Shown here in pieces: positions 54,718 through 64,000 of a stretch of DNA of 64,000 bases. This DNA is from Macrostomum lignano (lineage: Eukaryota): NCBI GenBank assembly GCA_002269645.1, contig NIVC01002898.1, positions 62,001-126,000 on the forward strand, in the 5' to 3' direction. The position numbers were made by a program, and so were the translations under genes. Position 1 is the first letter of the stretch. Each line of letters starts with the position of its first letter. Below the pieces are notes generated by a model. It was not told the origin of the DNA, searched no databases, and saw nothing but the letters and a program-made list of their open reading frames with translations.

Positions 54718-55048
54718 TTCATAAGACCGAAATTTCACAACGCCGAAACCATACTTCACAAGACCGATACTTCATAAGACCGAAATTTCACAACGCCGAA
54801 AGCTCAAAATGCAGGGCACTTCACAAGACAGAAACTTCATAAGACCGAAGTTTCACAACCCCAAAGCTTAAAATACTGGGCCCTTCACAAGACTTGCGAA
54901 CTTGCTGCCTTTTTTGCTGCCTCGTCGTTACCACGAAATACTTTTATTTGTAGTAACGAAGTTTGAACTTATGAAGTTTCGGTCTTGTGAAGTATGGTGT
55001 TTCGGCGTTGTGAAATTTCGGTCTTATGAAGTTTCGGTCTTGTGAAGG
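54718..55048. mobile_element. Small foldback element with inverted TTCATAAGACCGAAA/TTCACAACGCCGAAA arrays
   Basis: The left block (54718-54860) and right block (54965-55048) are reverse complements. No clean TSD. Confidence 0.7.
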
Positions 55049-55107
55049 ATCGTGCAGCAGTTTTTGGCGTTTTCGTCGTTCGGCGGAGTTTTAACAAAAG
55101 CTCTCAG

Positions 55108-55163
55108 CCAATCGGAAAATTCAGCGTGCGTTATAACAAATCGGCCGCGTGAGAGCTATAAAA
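55108..55163 (+). promoter_or_regulatory. Pol II core promoter-like CCAAT + TATA
   Basis: AGCCAATC (CCAAT 55108-55112) and TATAAAA (55157-55163). Confidence 0.55.
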
Positions 55164-57850
55164 GGCGGCAACTCTAACTGCGCTCGAAATATCTCCCGGT
55201 TTTTGTCCTTGCCAAGGCCTGGGGCGCTCAACTTGGCCTGATACTGCCTTCTGGCTCTTCCCCCTACGGTCCTGCCGATCTGATCCTCCTTCCCCCGGCA
55301 GTTTCGTCTTCAAAAGCTAAGTTCCCCCTGAGAAGCATCATCAATATCTCCCGGCAGTGATCTAAGAGTAGCAACGACAACCGGCAAGTGAGGAGCAACA
55401 GCGTCGCGCGTCAGTTAAGATCAGCAGCAGCATACCATCTGAGTGTTTCGGTCTCTGTGGATTCCTTGGCTACCGGCAGATAGGTCCTCCGATTAGTTGG
55501 GTGAGAGGCTCTTTTGACCTGCTTAACTGGGTGCACCCTTTGTCTAACCCCTTCCTAGGTAGTCTGATAGGATTTGCACTTTTGCTTACTTGCTTTTGTG
55601 TGCCAATCTCGAGGCAGAAGTGTTAGTTAATATTAAAAGTAGCCATTTGCTCTAACTCAATCTAAAGTGTTTAGGATTGCGGATTAAGTGAGAAAGTTAA
55701 ATCTGGAAGTTAAAGACTTGGCGTTTTCTTTATTTTTCGCAACGCCAGCTGAGATGAGCAGCTAAATCTAGAGGCAGAGGTCACAGTGGACCGGAAGCGG
55801 CACAGTTCCCAGTCAATCAGTCGATCTAAGAAATCATTATGTTAAGCATGCAAATTAAGTGCCAGACTGGCGCTTTCGCACTGTCTCAGGCAGCTAAGCG
55901 GCTAAAACGAGATAAATATTAGTCTGAAGGTCTCCAAAAGTGACAATACATCTACATCATCGCTATCTGTCGACGTGTTAACGCACATTTAGTTCCAAAA
56001 GCGTGCAGTTACGTGTACTTATACATGTACTTCTGGGAATTTGGTAATGAAATAGTACATTTGGTAGTGTATAAAGGCTCGCCAGTGCAAGAACCCCCTG
56101 CAAAAGTCCTCTGTCCCTGCATGGCCAATGCGATCTTAGTCCCAGCAGCGTCCGTTCTATTCGGCTATGACTTCGAGATTTAGACAGCTAAAAGACTAGA
56201 TGGCAGGTAAGTGCAGTGCCCCTCTAGTCGGAAGTCCGATTTCGATAGCTCCGGTTTGGTGAGCCGGGGCGCACGGACTGGTGGCAGCGGGTTAGTTAAT
56301 CTGCGGATTAGCTAATCTCTACCTTTCAAATTCTCCCTGCTTGTCTCTCGCTGTCTTCTCCTAGCTATAGGACCTTGCTGCTCGCCCACAATCTGGCTAC
56401 CATGGGGCTGACCATCTGACAGGAGTGAGAGGCCAGAGTTCTAAGTGATTCATTTCCGAATTCTGAGGCCCGAAGCTATATAAGCTTAGAAAGGCCGAAC
56501 CCATCAAATTGAAGAGAATGTCAGTTTTGATGAGCTACAGGTAAGTTTATCCCTTGCTCGAATTTCTACCGAGGAAAAAGCCTCTATTTACTACATAAGT
56601 GGCTACGTTTACACACAAGCCTTCCTTAGGCTCAACCTCAGGGATCTTAAGAGCATTTACATGTACATGGGCCCTCTCCGGGCATGCATGGCTGCTTCTC
56701 TCGCCACCGCTTCCTTCAGGGCCAGGTACTTGAGGAGCCGTGCGCGGTGCCCCAAGCTTTTCTGCCGCTCAACAGGCAGTAAAAATGCAGAACAATTTAT
56801 CTGCCACTACCCGGTCTTCACCACTCACTCACCCCGGCCCAACTCTCCGACGCTTGCAGGCCCGAGAGCATATCGATGCTCACCCGGTACCGCGCTGCAA
56901 GCGAGACCGACGCCCCCGGAGGGACATCACTTCGATGGAAGTCATTCATGGTCGCCAGAGGCTAGCGGAATTGGGCGGTCTTCTTCGCCTCCTGATTGCT
57001 GCATCCGCCGGATGATCTCCTCTGCAGCTAGGTCAAACATACTCGTGTGCATACTGGCACTAATCCATGATTGAACATACATGTAGGTGAAATACTTGCG
57101 TGAGTTGCGTCAGTGTCAATACGCTCTTGCTCCAAAATACTTGAGCTCTTGTGCTAATCTCCATTCTAGCCGTGCTTGCTTTTGCTAGTGCGAGCTTGTT
57201 CATGCAACCCAATTTTGGTGCTATTTTTAAGCCTAGCTTACTTGAGGTAGCAAATTAGCCAGACTATGTGGATAGTTTGCCATTAGCTAAGGATAGTTTA
57301 ACATTCTGAGCAGGATGAGAGACTTTTCAGGCCGCCGCGATCCGAAATTCAAACCGCGACTTGCAGTCTGGTCATTTCTTTTGCACGAACGAAATTTCTC
57401 AAATAAGTGTAACACAAAGTGAAAAAATTAGAAAACTACTTGGACGATTTGACCTTTCAAAACTGCACTAAAATGCGTGGCGCAACAGCCAAATTACCGG
57501 GTGACATCGGTCGAGAAAAAAGCTTTTTTATTTGTTATTCGGACAAAAAATAATTATAGCTCTCAATAAACGCAAAGGTAATGTGCCGCTTGGATAGAAA
57601 AACTTTATGCAGCTACGCAAAAACAACTGAAGTAATGCGCGCAACATAGAGCTGCCCGCAAAAACTTCAGCTACACAGCAACTACAAACCGCTGGTACAG
57701 GACTGCGCATCGCCAGGGTGTGAGTCCCACGAACACGCATCACTTCAGACAATCGTTCAGGAAATAAACATAGTTATTAAATAACCCTCACTTTGCCACT
57801 GTTCGTTAAGGTCGAAACGGAACCGGACTGGATGATAGCACGCGGAGCAG

Positions 57851-58320
57851 CGATCGTCCTCCGCTTGAGCCGGCGGTCACTGCAGCCGAAGCGGCAGGCA
57901 GCAGACAGTCCTGCGATCGTCCTCCGCTTGAGCCGGCGGTCACTGCAGCAAGCGGCAGGCAGCAGACAGTCCTGCGATCGTCCTCCGCTTGAGCCGGCGG
58001 TCACTGCAGCAAGCGGCAGGCAGCAGACAGTCCTGCGATCGTCCTCCGCTTGAGCCGGCGGTCACTGCAGCAAGCGGCAGGCAGCAGACAGTCCTGCGAT
58101 CGTCCTCCGCTTGAGCCGGCGGTCACTGCAGCAAGCGGCAGGCAGCAGACAGTCCTGCGATCGTCCTCCGCTTGAGCCGGCGGTCACTGCAGCAAGCGGC
58201 AGGCAGCAGACAGTCCTGCGATCGTCCTCCGCTTGAGCCGGCGGTCACTGCAGCAAGCGGCAGGCAGCAGACAGTCCTGCGATCGTCCTCCGCTTGAGCC
58301 AGTGGTCACTGCAGCCGTAG
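57851..58320 (+). repeat. 61-bp GC-rich tandem repeat at the inner end of the right arm
   Basis: CGATCG starts at 57851, 57914, 57975, 58036, 58097, 58158, 58219 and 58280. The left arm has only ~2.5 inverted 63-bp units (52942-53085). Confidence 0.95.
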
Positions 58321-58859
58321 CGGCAGCATTTATCGGATCCTTGCAAAATAGAATTTCTTTTCTGGCATTCCAAATCCCAAATGGCTTTCATAAACGCACA
58401 GTTCCCCGTTGGAAAGCCGAATACAAAGTGCGGCGTCAGCGTTAGCTGACTCGCATGTACGCACCTGAAATGGTAAGAGTGAAGCGTCTGAAGTAAATAA
58501 CGATGCATAGTGTTATATTTTTAAATAATACCGAAACGAAACAATCTTCTCAGTTTTGAACATAAATGGAGACAGTACTCAAGGGCACAGTGGGAGATAT
58601 CCTGGAAGTGGTTGCCATGGAAGGGGGAGCGCTGCCTGGGAGGGGTAGAGTGGGAGAGGAGCCCGAGAGGGGTAGCCTGGCAAGAGTAGCCAGGAAGGGT
58701 AGCCTGGGAGCGCTGTCTGGAAGAGGTTGAGTGGGAGATAAAGCCCGGAAGGGCTGCCTGGGAGGGGTAGAGTCCGGTTAGCCTGGAGGGGCTGTCTGGG
58801 AGGGCTGTCTGGGAGGGCTGTCTGGGAGGGCTGTCTGGGAGGGCTGTCTGGGAGGGGTA

Positions 58860-61130
58860 GCCTGTGAGAGGTAGAGTGGCAGGGTGTGGAAAATGACAGC
58901 AGGGTATGGGGAAGGCCGGCAGGGTGTGGGGAAGGGTAGCAGGAAATAGGGAAGGCCAGCAGTAGGGAAGGCAGGCAGGGTGTGGGGAAGGACAGCAGGG
59001 TGTGGGGAAGGGTAGCAGGGAGTAGAGAAGGTCAGCAGGATGTGGGGAAGCCGGCAGGGTGTGGGGAATGCCAGCAGGGAGTGAGGAAGGCCTGCATTGA
59101 TGGGGAAGGACAGCAGGGTGTGGGGAAGGGTAGCAGGGAGTAGGGAAGGCCAGCAGGATGTGGGGAAGGACAGCAGGGTGTGGGGAAGGTTAGCAGGGAG
59201 TAGGGAAGGCGAGCAGGATGTGGGGAAGGCCGGCAGGGTGTGGGGAAGGGTAGCAGGAAATAGGGAAGGCCGGCAGGATGTGGAGAAGCCGGCAGGATGT
59301 GGAGAAGTCGGCAGGGTGTGGGGAAGGGTAGCAGGGAGTAGGGAAGGCCAGCAGGAAGTGGGGAAGCCGGCAGGGTGTGGGGAAGGCCGGCAGGGTGTGG
59401 GGAAGGGTAGCAGGAAAAAGGGAAGGCCAGCAGTAGGGAAGGCTGACAGGGTGTGGGGAAGCCGGCAGGGTGTGGGGAAGGGTAGCAGGGAGTAGAGAAG
59501 GTCAGCAGGATGTGGGGAAGCCGGCAGGGTGTGGGGAAGGCCGGCAGGGTGTGGGGAATGCCAGCAGGGAGTGAGGAAGGCCTGCATTGATGGGGAAGGA
59601 CAGCAGGGTGTGGGGAAGGGTAGCAGGAAATAGGGAAGGCCAGCAGTAGAGAAGGCTGGCAGGGTGTGGGGAAGGGTAGCAGGGAGTAGGGAAGTCCAGC
59701 AGGAAGTGGGGAAGCCGGCAGGGTGTGGGGAAGGGTAGCAGGGAGTAGGGAAGGCCAGCAGGAAGTGGGGAAGCCGGCAGGGTGTGGGGAAGGCCGGCAG
59801 GGTGTGGGGAAGGGTAGCAGGAAAAAGGGAAGGCCAGCAGTAGGGAAGGCTGACAGGGTGTGGGGAAGCCGGCAGGGTGTGGGGAAGGCCGGCAGGGTGT
59901 GGGGAAGGGTAGCAGGAAATAGGGAAGGCCAGCAGTAGGGAAGGCAGGCAGGGTGTGGGAAGGACAGCAGGGTGTGGGGAATGCCAGCAGGGAGTGAGGA
60001 AGGCCTGCATTGATGGGGAAGGACAGCAGGGTGTGGGGAAGGGTAGCAGGGAGTAGGGAAGGCCAGCAGGATGTGGGGAAGGACAGCAGGGTGTGGGGAA
60101 GGGTAGCAGGGAGTAAGGAAAGCCAGCAGGGTGTGCGGAAGGCCGGCAGGGTGTGGGGAAGGGTAGCAAGGAGTAGGGAAGGCCAGCAGGATGTGGGGAA
60201 GCTGGCAGGGTGTGGGGAAGTCTAGCAGGATGTGAGGAAGCCAGCAGGGTGTGGGGAAAGCCAGCAAGGAGTAAGGAAGGCTGGCAGGGTGTGGGGAAGG
60301 ACAGCAGGGTAGGGGAAAGACAGCAGGGTATGGGGAAGGACAGCAGGGTGTAGGGAAAGCCTGCATTGGTAGTGAAGACAAGCAGGGTGTGGGGAAGGAC
60401 AGCAGGGTGTGGGGAAGGGTAGCAGGGAGTAGGGAAGGCCAGCAGGATGTGGGGAAGGCCGGCAGGGTGTGGGGAAGGGTAGCAAGGAGTAGGGAAGGCC
60501 AGCAGGATGTGGGGAAGGCCGGCAGGGTGTGGGGAATGCCAGCAGGGAGTGAGGAAGGCCTGCATTGATGGGGAAGGACAGCAGGGTGTGGGGAAGGGTA
60601 GCAGGGAGTAGGGAAGGCCAGCAGGATGTGGGGAAGGACAGCAGGGTGTGGGGAAGGGTAGCATGGAGTAGGGAAGGCGAGCAGGATGTGGGGAAGCTGG
60701 CAGGGTGTGGGGAAGCTGGCAGGGTGTGGGGAAATCTAGCAAGGAGTAAGGAAGGCTGGCAAGGGTGTGGGGAAGGACAGCAGGGTAGGGGAAAGACAGC
60801 AGGGTATGGGGAAAGACAGTAGGGTGTGGGGAAGGCTAGCAGGATATGGGAAAAGCCAGCAAGGTATGGCCATGTGGGAAGGCCAACAATATACAATGAA
60901 GGCCAAGCAGGATACATTGAAGAGCAGCAAGGTTTGTGAAAGACAGCAGGGTATGGAAAAGGCCCATAAAAGACAATGAAGGGCAGTAAGGTATGGGAAA
61001 GGCTTGTATTGATAAGAAAAGGTAGCAAGTGTTGTAGGAAGGCCATCAGGGTAAGATATGGTAAAGCAAGGGCAGTAGGGTGTAACCATGTAGGGAAGGC
61101 TAGCAGGTTATGGGGAAAGGGAAGGTTAAA
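58860..61130 (+). repeat. G-rich composite minisatellite of the right arm
   Basis: Same modules and near-identical variant order as 560-2830. Confidence 0.95.
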
Positions 61131-64000
61131 AAAAATATAGAACCTCTAAATACTAAATACTAATTTCAGGCTCAACCTATAACATAAAATAGTAGAATAG
61201 AACCCAATTTATCAATAAAATAAAAAATAAAAAATACATCCATTTATGGAATATATATAATAGGCTATTAGTATAGTATATTAGAACCCTAAATTATGGT
61301 TGTTCAATATATCTATCAATATAGCTAGCTTTACTAAATAGTTTCTCTCCTAAACTCAGGATTCAGGGTTCAGAAAAAAGAATATTGAATATATAGCCCT
61401 AGGCCTAGCTTAGTCACACAGTTATTGCATTCAGTTACAAAATTGTGCATAGGCCTAGCTACAAACTGAAACTGAGCGCCATCCAAGTTCACTTATTGAA
61501 CTTTAAGTCGAGTCGTATTGTTCTCCTCCTGTTCTAATATTAATTCGCTGGGCCTATTAATATTGTGGAAATAATAAACAGCTAGTACTTAGTAGGCCTA
61601 CATAAAATAATGTTAAATGTTAACACTTACACTTGTAAGTTGTAACTAAGTCATCCTGACCTAATATTTATCTAGCATTCTAGTGACACTAAAATACTGT
61701 ACTAGAGAATAGTAGCGTAGTAGGTTAGTAAAATCGCTAGGCCTACTTTGCATTAGTGAACTAAAAAATAAGCAAAAACGTCTGTTCAAATTTGTGCCAT
61801 ATTTGGCCCTTGTGCGCATAAAAAAGGCGGTCTATAGCATGCTACTGTATCATATAGCATGATACGGACTGCCTTATAGGCGGTTTTTGCCGTGTTCTAT
61901 ACCGCCTAACGTGTATATACGGGTGTTGAAAAGTATAATCTTTAATTCTGCTTTAAAAATAGCATATGAAACAAATAAAATCGTACTACTTTATTAGGTA
62001 ATATTAATTTATTCACAAAAGCAATAGTTCCTAACTTAAAATATTTGAAAACGGAATTTAACATTAGGATGAAAATCTGTAAATTTAAATTTTTTGTTAT
62101 AGCTTATAAAAATCCGGTATAGGTTGATAATGTACGCAATTCACAATTCAAAAACAATTTACTCGTATTTTCGTATCCCCGTTAATTCTAATATCCGCAT
62201 AGATTAAGGAAGGTTAGTCTTCGAGTCTTTTTCAGCTCTCTTTCGTCTGCATTGGCTCGCATATTATGTAGATCCACCAAAAAATTAACCTTACATGTAG
62301 TTGCTGGACTCCTCCGGGTTGGTCGTCGGTCTCGAGTGTGCTCGCTCCTCCTCCGCACCCCCACCCCCCGCGGATTCCGGCCCGGCAACGTGCTGGGCAC
62401 ATTAATATTTCTAGCTCCGGTTTGAATGGCCTCTCACCTGCCGAATCGATGGTATATAGCTACTATACTAGTACTGTAGTCTTGTCACACTTAAATTGCT
62501 TTTTACAGTGGGCTTCCGTTGTTTCATTTATTCGCTCTATATTTCTTCAATTGTGCCACTTTTTTATATTTGAGCCGGCCTCTTCTAACATTGTGTGTTA
62601 ATTTTGCTTGGCTTGGCTACATGTAATTTTGCTTCGTGGCCCTTTCGTATGACTTTTTAATTATACGGATATACGGATATATGCATGAATTTAGAGTTAC
62701 TTAAAGCGGCTTGTTTTAGCGGGGGCAATGTTTCTAAGAGCTGACAGAAACTTGCACAGGTAAAAACATTGATAAGTTCATCAGCTAAGGTTTGTTGAGT
62801 TTTGTTTGAACTGCGAGATACATGTCGTAGTTGTTAGGTCAATCCTATTTTTCATCCTTTTATTCTGTATTATTTTCGTACGAAGTTACATGTATATTGT
62901 AGGGAGCTGACAGAATTCCAGATGCAGTTCTCTGAAGAAAAACTTGTAACAAAACGTGTGGCTAGCGTTTGAAAAAAAAGTGATAGAATTGCCTTCTAAA
63001 ATTTCGCTGTCGGTTTCAATATTGATATTTGATTATATGGACATGAAATATGAGCGTATGCATGCGGTTTTCAGCTTTCAGTTTGCATGGTGTTAGCGAA
63101 TCAGCTCATCATCACCGAGATTAAAGAAAATCTTTAAATCCTGAACTCTAAAGCACTTAGGTAGGAAATCAAAATGACACATTGCGAGCCAATTTAGACA
63201 GAACTGTCTCGGTTGAATTCATTCCTTAGGCCGTTTTTATGTGCTTGAGCCTTGACACATTTGATGCAAAAATTATCCTGGGTGATGGCATGGACTCGGC
63301 TTGTATTCTTAAATTAGGCATGCTCTGTCCAATAGGCCAGCGCGTGCACAAACGTGCACAAAGCTAGCGACACCATGCTCAGCGGTTGGTGTGCAGACAC
63401 TTCTGCTGCTGCTGATGCTAATGCTCAATTAAGGTGTGACAGAGCCCAAAAAATAGCTTTTTTGTTAGTTAAGGTCATTTGTCAATTACGTAGTTAAACA
63501 GGAACTCACTCAGTAGCAGATAACAGATTTAGTTTGTCTCGCAATTGTTATGCTAGTTTAGTTTGCGAGTAGCCAACGAACGTCCCAGGTAGAGAAAAAA
63601 GAGGGAGATATATCCCACTAGGCATCAATTTCACTATATTTAATAGCTCAGCTGCATGTTTAGGTCAAGTGCGAATGTACGGCAGGATGAGGTGCGAGGT
63701 GGGGTGATCAATGTCAGAGGGGATGGGCAGACTGGGAGGGTTGGGGTAATGGCGCCAGAGAAAAAGGGCCGATAGCACAATACCCCTCCCAAAGTCATAA
63801 AAACAAAGACTGAATGAAATCGACAAAAATGCATTTAATGGAGTTCGTAATACGAAAATAAGAGAAAAGGATGCGGTTACTGAAAACGCGAGAACAAGGA
63901 TGAAGAGCGCTACGCAAAAAAATCGCAAAAATGTTCTTATTGAACGACACAAACTTGTTATAAAAGTAAACTAAAAATTAGGTATTTTGTAGTTCAGGTC

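Larger units (their letters stand above)
50023..61925. mobile_element. Giant (11,903-bp) foldback DNA transposon, Galileo/P-like, apparently non-autonomous
   Basis: Left arm 50023-53102 and right arm 57831-61925 are inverted copies. Termini CAGCCGTATATACACG / CGTGTATATACGGGTG. 7-bp direct repeat TTGAAAA at 50016-50022 and 61926-61932. No recognisable transposase in the 4.7-kb spacer. Confidence 0.85.

Overview
Eukaryotic (invertebrate metazoan) genomic DNA. GC-rich exons with introns full of minisatellites are consistent with a flatworm such as Macrostomum, but that is inference only. Four protein-coding genes could be assembled by hand with phase-consistent GT-AG splice sites: a ZFYVE1/DFCP1 orthologue (+, 7 exons), eIF5 (+, 4 exons), CEP20/FOPNL (-, single exon) and an SLC46/PCFT-like MFS transporter (-, 6 exons). 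Almost all long ORFs in the supplied track are stop-free translations of tandem repeats, not genes. The rest is transposon-derived: two mariner relics, several MITEs with verifiable TIR/TSD, a Harbinger derivative, a CORE-SINE piece and LTR-like promoter modules. Four observations stand out. (1) An 11.9-kb giant foldback element (50023-61925) has 3-4 kb minisatellite-filled inverted arms, CA...TG ends and a 7-bp TSD (Galileo/P-like); the right arm of a second copy lies at the window start. (2) A 289-bp P-like MITE carries a 64-bp 28S rRNA fragment in which the R2/I-PpoI target core is replaced. (3) A ~100-copy 24-bp satellite has nearly every unit forming a DR3 nuclear-receptor element. (4) Poor-context uORFs lie upstream of eIF5.
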